Source: Eledone cirrhosa (lineage: Eukaryota). From it: a DNA stretch of 63,392 nucleotides. Shown one piece after another: positions 1 to 15,113 of this stretch (position 1 is the stretch's first letter; each line of letters begins with the position of its first letter). A program made the position numbers and the translations under genes. The DNA lies in contig CAXHJY010000217.1 in NCBI GenBank assembly GCA_964016885.1, positions 1-63,392 on the forward strand. The letters run 5' to 3'. The notes beneath the pieces are model-generated. The model was given only the letters and a program-made list of their open reading frames with translations. It ran no database searches and was not told where the DNA came from.

Positions 1-2919
<2,919 letters not shown>

Positions 2920-5900
2920 AATTCCCGTTCATGTTTATTCACTTTCGCCAAACAATTGCTGCTTCAATTATTCCTACTACGGTGTACCCATGTAATCGTA
3001 ACGTTCACATTTTTCCTATCTACTCCACGCCACAATTTCGTACATAGTCCAAACATCCAATCTCGCAAAATCCGAAATCTGTACTTTTTTGTTATCTATT
3101 TAAGTTTAAATACGGTGTTTTTGTCGTATTGAACAGAACAAATCTTGCAGTTTTGCTTTTTGTTAATCGCTTGTTAAACATTCATAACCTTCCAGCTAGC
3201 TACCCCACACCCCTCCCACCCGCCTCCACACACCACCATTCTTAATACGGGGACCAATCATAAGCCAGAGACCCCCCCCCCACACGCATCACCATTATTA
3301 TTATTATAAGCCAAAGACCCCCCCCCCCCCCAACGCATCACCATTATTATTATTACGCGGACCAATCATAAGCCAGAAGCCTATACTATCGCTTGCACGG
3401 TTGCCTTCGATATATGATGGATGGATGGACGGACTGCGGAATCCTGGAGAGTGGAAGGGAGAGAAAAATCTGGACGCTCAGAGCGAAAATGCCAAAGTTA
3501 AAGTCAAATTCACCTCGTGGACGAGAATGCGAGCACTCCTCTTTGTTTCGCCCGCGGATGGCTAACATAACCCCATCCCCCCCCCCCCCCACCCCCACCC
3601 TCCAAACGCAATCCAAAACTTCAGAGTTGGTACCATAAATGTAGGCACCCTAAGGGGTCGCGCTAACGAGGTTGTAGAAATGCTTGAACGTAAGGAGGTC
3701 GATGTTTGTTGTATTCAAGAGACCAGGTGGAGGGGTGGGTCTGCTAGATTCATTGAGGGTAAAAAACGATGTTATAAGCTTTTCTGGGTGGGAAACGACG
3801 ATGGGCTGGGTGGAGTAGGAATCATGGTAGCAGAAAAGTGGGCAGATAAGATAATAGACGTAAATAGAGTGAACGACAGAATAATTAAAATACGACTTGT
3901 ACTCAATAGAACTACGGTGACAGTAATATCTGCGTACGCACCCCAATCCGGACTGCCCGGCACTATAAAAGACAGATTCTATGAGACACTGCTGCTAACT
4001 ACCTCCCAAATATCTGACAGTGACTATATAATTATTGCAGGCGACCTAAATGGTCACGTTGGACAACATTGTGACGGCTATGACGAAATCCATGGAGGCT
4101 ATGGGTTTGGTACTAGAAATGAGGAAGGCTCCAGAATCCTGGAATTCTGTGATGCAAATAACCTAACTATCTGTAACACTAACTTCAAAAAACGTGACAA
4201 TCACCTGATCACCTATAGATCCGGGGAACACACAAGCCAGGTAGATTATATCCTTACCAGAAGACGTGACAGAGTGTCTGTTGTAAACACTAAATCCCTC
4301 CCCCATGAAGAATGCACCTCCCAACATAGACTGATAATTAGCGACCTCATAGTCAGGACGAGATGTACTCGACAGCAGAAGAGGACTATCCTCAGGAGAA
4401 AAATATGGAAGCTAAAGGACCCCACAGCCAAAAATAAATTTCAAAACATATTACTTGATGCTTTCGACAGTAAGGAAGAACATTTAGAGTCGGACAATAT
4501 AGAGGGACAGTGGGAATTTCTGAAAGCAAACCTGCTGTTGGCGACAGACGAAGTCTGTGGCTGGAGCAGGCCTGTAGGCAGGAGGAGAGTAACATGGTGG
4601 TGGAACAGTAAAGTGGAGGGGTCAATTAAGGTCAAAAAGCAGGCTTGGAAAGTATGGCGGGATGGGGGAAGTAGAGTAGACTATCAAGTGGCCAGTAGGG
4701 AAGCTAGGAGAGAAGTGTACTTAGCAAGAAGGGAAGCTGAGGAAAGAAAGTTCAAGCATGTTCTACAACGCGATGACCAAAAACGTGAGGTGTTCAGGAT
4801 TGCTAGGCAATGCGTCAAGGAAAACCGTGATATTGTCGGGGAGAAGTGTGTACTTAACGATGATGGCATACTTGCCATCACCGACACTGATAAGAAGGTA
4901 GCTTGGAAGTGTCACTATGAAAGGCTACTAAATGAGGAAAATAAATGGGAGAAAGACAGTCTCCCCCATATCGACCCAATAGAGAGACCAGCAGTGTTAG
5001 TCGAGGGGAGTATAATAAGTAAGGCAATCAAGGATATGAAGACGGGTAAGGCGGCTAGGCCTTCGGAAATAGTTGCTGAGATGCTGAAGGCATCTGGTTC
5101 GGTGGGACACACCATGGTCACCCGCATAGTTAACCAAGTCGTACAGAATGAGGTTGTTCCGAAGGACTGGCATAGCAGCATCATCGTTAACTGTTATAAG
5201 GGTAAAGGAGACGCCCTAGATAGGAGTAACTATAGAGGCATTAAATTAATCGACCAGGTCATGAAGGTCACGGCAAAAGTAATAGCGCAACTAATCAGAG
5301 AGAGAATTGACCTAGATGAAATGCAGTTCGGGTTTGTGTCAGGCAAAAGTACCACAGACGCTCTTTTCATAGTACGACAACTACAGGAGAAGTACCTAGC
5401 TAAAGGTAAACCCCTCTACTTAGCTTTTGTCGACTTGGAGAAAGCCTTCAACAGAGTCCCCCGTTCCATTATCTGGTGGGCCCTTAGAAAACTAGGTGTC
5501 GACGAATGGCTTGTGAGAGCTATACAAGCCATGTATAAAGAAACAGTCAGCAAGGTTAGAATTAACAACGAATATAGTGAAGAGTTTAGCGTAAAAGTTG
5601 GCGTCCATCAGAGCTCTGTTCTCAGCCCCCCACTATTTATTATTGCCCTTCAGGCTATAACAGAGGAGTTCAAGACAGGCTGCCCATGGGAACTCCTATA
5701 CGCAGACGACCTGACACTCATAGCGGAATCAATGGCCGAGCTAGAGAAGAAATTCCAAACATGGAAGCACGGCCTAGAGTCAAAAGGACTTAAAATTAAC
5801 CTGGCTAAGACCAAAGTTCTAGTTTGTAGGAAAGAAAACAAGGCGGCGGTCCCTTCTGGGAAATGGTCGTGCTCGGTGTGTAGGAAAGGCGTAGGTAGAA

Positions 5901-7045
5901 ACTCCATTTTGTGTCCTAAATGCAAAGTAAGGGTGCATAAAAGATGTAGTGGGATCACAGGTAAGCTAACTAAGAACATAGATTTTACATGTGGCCGGTG
6001 TTCTGGTGCAATAAGTAGCAGCAAGTGCCCACAAAATACTAGCTCTTTCAATTGCGCAGAGGGTTCTATAGAAATAGTGGACAGCTTCCGTTACCTGGGC
6101 GATAAAATCAGCAGTGGGGGAGGGTGCTCTGAAAGTACTGTAGCTAGAGTCAGAACTGGTTGGAAAAAGTTCAGAGAGCTTATACCACTATTAGCTGCTA
6201 AAGGGTTCTCCCTAAAAATGAAAGGCAGGTTGTACGATGCCTGCATACGAACAGCAATGTTGCATGGCAGTGAGACATGGGCATTGTGTGCAGAGGATAT
6301 ACGCAGACTAGAGAGGAACGAAGCTTGCATGCTCCGCTGGATGTGTAACAGTAATATACGTGAACGGCAAAGCATAAACGAACTAAGGAAAAAATTAGAG
6401 ATAAGAGGGATCAGATGCTGTTTACTCGAGAGAAGGCTACGTTGGTATGGACACGTGATGCGCATGAATGTCGATAGCTGTATAACAAAGTGCAGGGCAA
6501 TAAAGATAGACGGTAGCCACGGAATAGGCAGACCTAGAAAAACCTGGGACGAGCTGATAAACTCCGACCTCACACACTTACACCTCTCCAAGACAATGTC
6601 ACTGGACCGAGACCTTTGGCGGTACTCAGTAACAGAGAAGACCCGCCTTACCTAAATATATAGTAAAACCTACTCCAGCCAGTAGGCATCTCTAACAAAA
6701 TACACCCCGTCCCACCACCACCACCCCCACCCCATCCACACCACCCCGTTCTATGTAAAGTTATGTTGGTGCCGCGCCATCGAGGCCGAAACAAATGAGA
6801 TCGTGTAGGTGTCACGACAAAAAAACACACAGTCCACGCTGTAATGTGGCCGTGTAGGAAACACGGTAAAAACCTCCCACACCCACACTGTAAATGTGGT
6901 TGGTGTTAGGAAGGGCATCCAACTGTAGAAAACCTGCCAGACAGTCCTATGCGAGCAAGACAACCACTCTTGCCTCAAGTGGGACTACCCCCGTCCAAAC
7001 CCATGCAAGCGTGGAACACGGACGTTAAACGTTGATGATGATGAT
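2920..7045 (+). mobile_element. Near full-length RTE-clade non-LTR retrotransposon (family A) with 5' leader, single ORF, ~390-bp 3' UTR and (GAT)n tail
   Basis: APE+RT ORF; 3' end ...ggacgttaaacgttgatgatgatgat runs into TA; both ends abut TA arrays; whether 2920-3200 belongs to the element is uncertain. Confidence 0.9.
3680..6655 (+). CDS. RTE polyprotein: APE endonuclease + reverse transcriptase with inserted PHD-like zinc finger
   Basis: CIQETRW, SAYAPQ, GDLNGH, SQVDYIL (APE); NYRGIKL, QFGF, FVDLEKAF, LLYADD (RT); [10 protein letters not shown]...GRPRKTW (RTE C-terminus). Frame stays open upstream to ~3566 (FRVGTINVGTL). Drifted motifs (AFNRVP, HQSSVLSPP) suggest the copy may be inactive. 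Confidence 0.93.
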   Translation: MLERKEVDVCCIQETRWRGGSARFIEGKKRCYKLFWVGNDDGLGGVGIMVAEKWADKIIDVNRVNDRIIKIRLVLNRTTVTVISAYAPQSGLPGTIKDRFYETLLLTTSQISDSDYIIIAGDLNGHVGQHCDGYDEIHGGYGFGTRNEEGSRILEFCDANNLTICNTNFKKRDNHLITYRSGEHTSQVDYILTRRRDRVSVVNTKSLPHEECTSQHRLIISDLIVRTRCTRQQKRTILRRKIWKLKDPTAKNKFQNILLDAFDSKEEHLESDNIEGQWEFLKANLLLATDEVCGWSRPVGRRRVTWWWNSKVEGSIKVKKQAWKVWRDGGSRVDYQVASREARREVYLARREAEERKFKHVLQRDDQKREVFRIARQCVKENRDIVGEKCVLNDDGILAITDTDKKVAWKCHYERLLNEENKWEKDSLPHIDPIERPAVLVEGSIISKAIKDMKTGKAARPSEIVAEMLKASGSVGHTMVTRIVNQVVQNEVVPKDWHSSIIVNCYKGKGDALDRSNYRGIKLIDQVMKVTAKVIAQLIRERIDLDEMQFGFVSGKSTTDALFIVRQLQEKYLAKGKPLYLAFVDLEKAFNRVPRSIIWWALRKLGVDEWLVRAIQAMYKETVSKVRINNEYSEEFSVKVGVHQSSVLSPPLFIIALQAITEEFKTGCPWELLYADDLTLIAESMAELEKKFQTWKHGLESKGLKINLAKTKVLVCRKENKAAVPSGKWSCSVCRKGVGRNSILCPKCKVRVHKRCSGITGKLTKNIDFTCGRCSGAISSSKCPQNTSSFNCAEGSIEIVDSFRYLGDKISSGGGCSESTVARVRTGWKKFRELIPLLAAKGFSLKMKGRLYDACIRTAMLHGSETWALCAEDIRRLERNEACMLRWMCNSNIRERQSINELRKKLEIRGIRCCLLERRLRWYGHVMRMNVDSCITKCRAIKIDGSHGIGRPRKTWDELINSDLTHLHLSKTMSLDRDLWRYSVTEKTRLT

Positions 7046-8332
<1,287 letters not shown>

Positions 8333-8729
8333 AATGTTGGTCCCACAACATCCAGGCCGAAACAAATGAGATCGTGTAGGTGTCACGACAAAAAAACACA
8401 CAGTCCACGCTGTAAATGTGGCCGTGTAGGCAACACGGTAAAAACCTCCCAGCCCCACCCCGTAAATGTGGTTGGTGTTAGGAAGGGCATCCAGCTGTAG
8501 AAAACCCGCCAGACAGTCCACACTGTAATGTGGCCGTGTAGGCAACACGGTAAAAACCTCCCAGCCCCACACTGAAAATGTGGTTGGTGTTAGGAAGGGC
8601 ATCCAACTGTAGAAAACCCGCCAGACAGTCCTATACGAGCAAGACAACCACTCTTGCCTCAAGTGGGAAAACCCCCGTCCAAACCCATGCCAGCGTGGAA
8701 CACGGACGCTAAACCTGATGATGATGATG
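8333..8729 (+). mobile_element. RTE family A 3' UTR-only fragment with internal ~112-bp tandem duplication and (GAT)n tail
   Basis: Matches ~6763-7045; block acagtccac...aaaacccgccag occurs twice (~8400 and ~8513). Confidence 0.88.
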
Positions 8730-8947
8730 TATATATATATGTATATATGTATATATATATATGTATATATATATGTGTATATATGTATATGTATATATAT
8801 ATGTATATATATATGTATATGTATATATATATGTATATATATATATATATGTATATATATATGTATATATATGTATGTATATATATATGTATATATATGT
8901 ATATATATATATATGTATATATATGTATATATATATATGTATATATA

Positions 8948-9381
8948 TCATCATCATCATCATCATCATCAGGTTTAGCGTCCGTATTCCATGCTTGCAT
9001 GGGTTTGGACGGGGGTTTTCCCACTTGAGGCAAGAGTGGTTGTCTTGCTCGCATAGGACTGTCTGGCGGGTTTTCTACAGTTGGATGCCCTTCCTAACAC
9101 CAACCACATTTACGGGGTGGGGCTGGGAGGTTTTTACCGTGTTGCCTACACGGCCACATTACAGCGTGGACTGTGTGTTTTTTTGTCGTGACACCTACAC
9201 GATCTCATTTGTTTCGGCCTGGATGGCGCGGCACCAACATAACTTTACATAGAACGGGGTGGTGTGGATGGGGTGGGGGTGGTGGCGGGACGGGGTGTAT
9301 TTTGTTAGAGATGCCTACTGGCAAGGCGGGTCTTCTCTGTTACTGAGTACCGCCAAAGGTCTCGGTCCAGTGACATTGTCT
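8948..9381 (-). mobile_element. 5'-truncated RTE family A 3' end (inverted)
   Basis: Reverse complement of ~6589-7045 with a small deletion; (ATC)n on + strand at 8948-8970. Confidence 0.9.
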
Positions 9382-9403
9382 TATATATATATATATATTG
9401 TCT

Positions 9404-9450
<47 letters not shown>

Positions 9451-9752
9451 AGCTAAGAGAGAGATAGAGGGGAAGGGGGAGAGATATTGTGGCTGACCGC
9501 AGCCCCTCGTGGAGTAGCTGGAGGGTGAAGGGGTGGAGCGGATTTTTTGACTTTCAAGTAGCATACTATATATATTTAAAGTAATTTATAAGAAGTAGAA
9601 TGGGAAGGATTTTGTTTTTTGTTTGAGAATACGATAGAATTAAGGAATTGGACGATACGATAGAATTAAGAATGGGAAGGATTTTGTTTTTTTGTTTGGG
9701 GATACGATAGAATTAAGGAATTGGAGAATACGATAGAATTAATGAATTGATG

Positions 9753-10015
9753 AGCTGGAAGGTTATGAATGTTTAACAAGCGATTTAACAAAAAGCAAAA
9801 CTGCAAGATTTGTTCTGTTCAATACGACAAAAACACCGTATTTAAACCTTAAATAGATAACAAAAAATACAGATTTCGGATTTTGCGAGATTGGATGTTT
9901 GGACTATGTACGAAATTGAGCGTGGAATGGATAGAGAAAAATTTGTACTTTACGATTTACATGAGTACACCGTGGTAGAAATAATTGAAGCAGCGGTGGA
10001 TTGGCGAAAGTGAAT
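9753..10015 (-). repeat. Diverged inverted copy of 2936-3197
   Basis: Reverse complement reads ttcactttcgcc...aatttcgtacatagtccaaacatccaatctcgcaaaatccgaaatctgta...cattcataaccttccagct, as at 2938-3197. Confidence 0.9.
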
Positions 10016-10028
10016 GTATATATATATG

Positions 10029-10095
<67 letters not shown>

Positions 10096-10104
10096 TTATA
10101 TATG

Positions 10105-10205
<101 letters not shown>

Positions 10206-10216
10206 GTATATATATG

Positions 10217-10409
<193 letters not shown>

Positions 10410-11162
10410 GTATATAGAAAGATTTGAATGGATACAGTTTAGTTGAAAGGAATTTATTGACACGTGTTTCTATAACAGTTACATAACCTAAAACAGCTAT
10501 CTACAAACTTTTAGTTATGCAGACATTCAATATTTCAATGTTATTGTTTACTGTCATTTCATCAGAATAATATTACTGAGGACCTATTTAGTTTTTATAG
10601 AGAATATTAGGAGGAAGGGGTGAAGTTGTTAGAAGAATAGTTGAAGGAGTGGTTTTTCGATAGCAGTGAGAATTCTTGGTGGCAGTGATTAATTAGATTC
10701 CCATCTGTTGTTTTGACATTTTTTATAGAATATATTATTGGTTATTTTTCTAAATCTATAGAAGGATTAGAGATAGTAAAGATATGCGTGGTTGGTTTTG
10801 TGTTTGCACTTAACATTCAGACTTAAATTTTTCTTTCAAGTGTACGTATTCTTTCACCCACGCATTCACACACAAATATATTTGCACACCTCTACAAAAT
10901 ACATATACTCACAATTCACATATTCATACTTACATATATATACACATGCATACACATATATATACACACATGTATTCATGTACATACATACGCGCTCATG
11001 TGTATACATTTTCATACTCAACTTATCTTTATATATACACACGTATAGACACACACATATATACATACATACTCTAGTCCATGTGTACACACATACACAT
11101 ACATACACATCCATATACACATACATACATACACATATATATATATACATATATACATATAC

Positions 11163-11193
<31 letters not shown>

Positions 11194-11216
11194 CACATAC
11201 ATATATACACACATAT

Positions 11217-11252
<36 letters not shown>

Positions 11253-11520
11253 GCACTTTAATACATGAATACACTTACATCTAACTATACACATCAAACA
11301 TATATATATATTTACTTATTTATATACATTTTCACATATATATACATACTTATGGACGTTTTTAGACACATTCATTATCGCATATTTGTACCTATTCTCA
11401 TCAGCATATCTTTTCATTATTAGTATGGTAATTTAAGGTTATTAATATATGTTGAGAAGAGATTGTTTTTATATTTTTCTAACTAGATTAAGGTTTATAT
11501 AGTTGGGGGATGTCCCTCTT

Positions 11521-13842
11521 TTATGTAATATTCTGCTTGTAGTGGGAAAAAAGGGTTTTAGTTCTGTGACGGCAGAATAATGTTCGTTCAATTCTGTTAT
11601 TCAGCAGTTTCTTCTTGTGTGTGATTATGTAATAAATCTCAAGATTGCACAATTTGCAGAAATTTTGGCTCCTGGAAAAGCTCTGGGTTTTAGCTAATTT
11701 TTCCCATTTTAGGGTAAACTTTTGATTGCTATCCCTGAGCGTCCAAGCTTTTTCTGCTAAAGTTGTTACATTTCTTTGGCTCTGGTGTTTTATTGAGTAA
11801 GAATGCCTATACAATCGAGATTTAAACGATGTTGCCGTTGATCCCACGTAATACCACTCGTTGCCTCCGGATTTAATGGTACACTTATAAATAATATTTT
11901 TTTCCAGGCAGTTATTGCCGAGGGGGCAGTTGTCAGGATAGGTGCAGTTACAGTTGTGTACGTTGGGTTTTCTCTGGAGTAGTATTGCGGACGAACTTAG
12001 GTGTGGTTTATTTATGTTCTGTAGTGTATTGTCTACTGTTTTTTTGGGGTTCTTTGTACTTAAGTTCTTAGTGTTTTCGTTTAACCTTCTAGTATTGATC
12101 TTTTTTATGTGTTGTTCAAGGTTTAACGCTGTAGAGTATGACAGTCTTATAGTGGTAGGGTTTAGGATTTTGTGGTATTTGTGTGATGTGGGAAAATGTC
12201 TTTTAATTATTTTAAAGAAGAGTACTGGTAAATTTGTACTAATGGAGCTATTGTATTCGGGGTTATACCATAAGTACTCTTTGCATCGCTTTCTATTAGT
12301 TTTGTTTGTTGGTTTACTGGTGTGCATACTATGGTAGTAAGTGTGGTTTGGTGTTGTGTTATTATATCTACCTATGTGGGATTTATTTTGGGTGTTTTGA
12401 TTGTTCCCATCTATGTACTCTATTTTGTTGAGGTAGCCTGCTTTACTAAGGGCGTTATCGTAGTACTCGGCGTGTTCCTTAAATACTTGTATGTTAGAAG
12501 ATAGACCCGAGATTCTAAGGGAAATATTTTTAGGGATAGATTTAATTATAGAGATGGGGTGGTTAGACCCAACATTTACGTATTTGAGATTTTCATTCAA
12601 TTTATGAAACGGTTTAATCAAACCAGAGTTTAAATTGAGTGTGACATCCAGGAAGTTAACTACTTTAAGGTTGTATTCATATGTTATAGTTAGTCCTATT
12701 TCGAGTAGTAGTTTTCTTATATCTTTGCGTAGTTTTTCTAGTTTTTGGTTATTAAGGTTTTTAGCTAGGAGGAGAACATCGTCGCGGTATATTCCGCCGT
12801 GGAGATTGCTGAATTTTTCCTGGAGTCTAAAGGCGATAAATAACCCCACAATATCAGTTATTTCCGCCGAATCGTTAGAGCCCATTGTTATGTCAAAGTT
12901 AGAGGGTCTATCTTTACGTACCCAATAACTGTTCTCAAATTTGACTATAGTTTTCCTAGCTTCTAATATAATCTTAATTTCATCGTTTGTAAGGTCGGAG
13001 TTATCCTTAGCAAACTTAATGGCTCTATTCAAAGTTTCAGGTGATATCGATGAGTAATATTCATCGATATCAAACTGGATAAACTTAGATTTATTCTTAT
13101 TGCTAATGCTATTAAACCATCTTATTGCTTCTTGGGTCTTCCCCCAGAGTTTAATGTTAACCTTAGCCTTAATTTGGGGGATGATTCTATCTAAGATATA
13201 TTTGCTTATTTTACCTATATCTGATTTAGAGGGGCAGATTAATCTAATTTTAGGGTCATTATCAAAGTTTACCTTGTGGTCCTTAAGATTGAAAGTGGGT
13301 ACCGCCGGTAAGAGTGGTCCTGTCCTATCTTCGATTCCGAGATTTTTCACTATTTCGCATGCCTCATCATTGATGTGCTTAAGGGTTACTTCACTCGTTT
13401 TTCTATATTTTTTATGTAATTCTTTTCGAATGAAGTTGTTGTATGTAGTGCAATCCATAGTGTACAGGTTTGATGTTTTGTCCGCTTTTACTACAATTCC
13501 TTTGGTGTTTTTAAGGTCGTCCAGTAGTTTTTTTATATCTTTCTGTAATTTGCTGTTGGTGTTGCGTCCTTTGAATTTAATTTTAAGGATTAAGTTCATA
13601 AGGTCCTGCTCAAATGCATCTAATAGTGGGTTGGTGGGTGGGTTTTTACAAGTCCTAAAACCGAATTTTTTGTTTACACCACTTTCTAATGTTGAGTTCA
13701 TACGGCTTCTATCATAGTGGAGCGTTTTCCACCTGACACGTCGAATGAATTCATTAGTTTTTTGAATCATGCTCAATAAATATTCCTTTCTACCTTGGGT
13801 TGGTATGTTTTTGAGTGACATATCCAGGTAGTGTTTTTCCAT
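11521..13842 (-). CDS. Penelope-like RT + GIY-YIG endonuclease, 773 aa, uninterrupted
   Basis: SLKNIP...FIRRVRWK N-terminus; RLICPSKSDIGKISK, FDIDEYYSSI, MGSNDSAE, IYRDD, VNFLDVTL; CNC..CPL..C, NIIYKC/YYVGST, CKLC, LLNNR..CRH, as recalled for the Naiad clade. Confidence 0.92.
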   Translation of the reverse strand: MEKHYLDMSLKNIPTQGRKEYLLSMIQKTNEFIRRVRWKTLHYDRSRMNSTLESGVNKKFGFRTCKNPPTNPLLDAFEQDLMNLILKIKFKGRNTNSKLQKDIKKLLDDLKNTKGIVVKADKTSNLYTMDCTTYNNFIRKELHKKYRKTSEVTLKHINDEACEIVKNLGIEDRTGPLLPAVPTFNLKDHKVNFDNDPKIRLICPSKSDIGKISKYILDRIIPQIKAKVNIKLWGKTQEAIRWFNSISNKNKSKFIQFDIDEYYSSISPETLNRAIKFAKDNSDLTNDEIKIILEARKTIVKFENSYWVRKDRPSNFDITMGSNDSAEITDIVGLFIAFRLQEKFSNLHGGIYRDDVLLLAKNLNNQKLEKLRKDIRKLLLEIGLTITYEYNLKVVNFLDVTLNLNSGLIKPFHKLNENLKYVNVGSNHPISIIKSIPKNISLRISGLSSNIQVFKEHAEYYDNALSKAGYLNKIEYIDGNNQNTQNKSHIGRYNNTTPNHTYYHSMHTSKPTNKTNRKRCKEYLWYNPEYNSSISTNLPVLFFKIIKRHFPTSHKYHKILNPTTIRLSYSTALNLEQHIKKINTRRLNENTKNLSTKNPKKTVDNTLQNINKPHLSSSAILLQRKPNVHNCNCTYPDNCPLGNNCLEKNIIYKCTIKSGGNEWYYVGSTATSFKSRLYRHSYSIKHQSQRNVTTLAEKAWTLRDSNQKFTLKWEKLAKTQSFSRSQNFCKLCNLEIYYIITHKKKLLNNRIERTLFCRHRTKTLFSHYKQNIT

Positions 13843-14755
13843 TGTTGTGGTTGCGTTTGCTGTGTGGGTTGCTCGACTTTACAGGAGGTAAATATACAGT
13901 TTTTTCCGTTGTGTTGTAATATAAATATTACACACAGTAGATTATCAGCTCACGTAGAGTTTGCTCGACGGTTCCAGTTGTAGTTCCAAAAGTAATCCGG
14001 AGAAAAATAGAAAGATTTGAATGGATACAGTTTAGTTGAAAGGAATTTATTGACACGTGTTTCTATAACAGTTACATAACCTAAAACAGCTATCTACAAA
14101 CTTTTAGTTATGCAGACATTCAATATTTCAATGTTATTGTTTACTGTCATTTCATCAGAATAATATTACTGAGGACCTATTTAGTTTTTATAGAGAATAT
14201 TAGGAGGAAGGGGTGAAGTTGTTAGAAGAATAGTTGAAGGAGTGGTTTTTCGATAGCAGTGAGAATTCTTGGTGGCAGTGATTAATTAGATTCCCATCTG
14301 TTGTTTTGACATTTTTTATAGAATATATTATTGGTTATTTTTCTAAATCTATAGAAGGATTAGAGATAGTAAAGATATGCGTGGTTGGTTTTGTGTTTGC
14401 ACTTAACATTCAGACTTAAATTTTTCTTTCAAGTGTACGTATTCTTTCACCCACGCATTCACACACAAATATATTTGCACACCTCTACAAAATACATATA
14501 CTCACAATTCACATATTCATACTTACATATATATACACATGCATACACATATATATACACACATGTATTCATGTACATACATACGCGCTCATGTGTATAC
14601 ATTTTCATACTCAACTTATCTTTATATATACACACGTATAGACACACACATATATACATACATACTCTAGTCCATGTGTACACACATACACATACATACA
14701 CATCCATATACACATACATACATACACATATATATATATACATATATACATATAC

Positions 14756-14786
<31 letters not shown>

Positions 14787-14809
14787 CACATACATATATA
14801 CACACATAT

Positions 14810-14845
<36 letters not shown>

Positions 14846-15113
14846 GCACTTTAATACATGAATACACTTACATCTAACTATACACATCAAACATATATAT
14901 ATATTTACTTATTTATATACATTTTCACATATATATACATACTTATGGACGTTTTTAGACACATTCATTATCGCATATTTGTACCTATTCTCATCAGCAT
15001 ATCTTTTCATTATTAGTATGGTAATTTAAGGTTATTAATATATGTTGAGAAGAGATTGTTTTTATATTTTTCTAACTAGATTAAGGTTTATATAGTTGGG
15101 GGATGTCCCTCTT

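Noticed and set aside
5650-6591. Antisense ORFs over RT genes (also 13100-13717, 54096-55372 and others)
   Set aside because: Shadow frames of retrotransposon coding sequence with no domain motifs
11521-13842. Selenoprotein Naiad with SECIS
   Set aside because: No in-frame TGA; ATGA motifs in the 3' UTR do not give a convincing SECIS by eye
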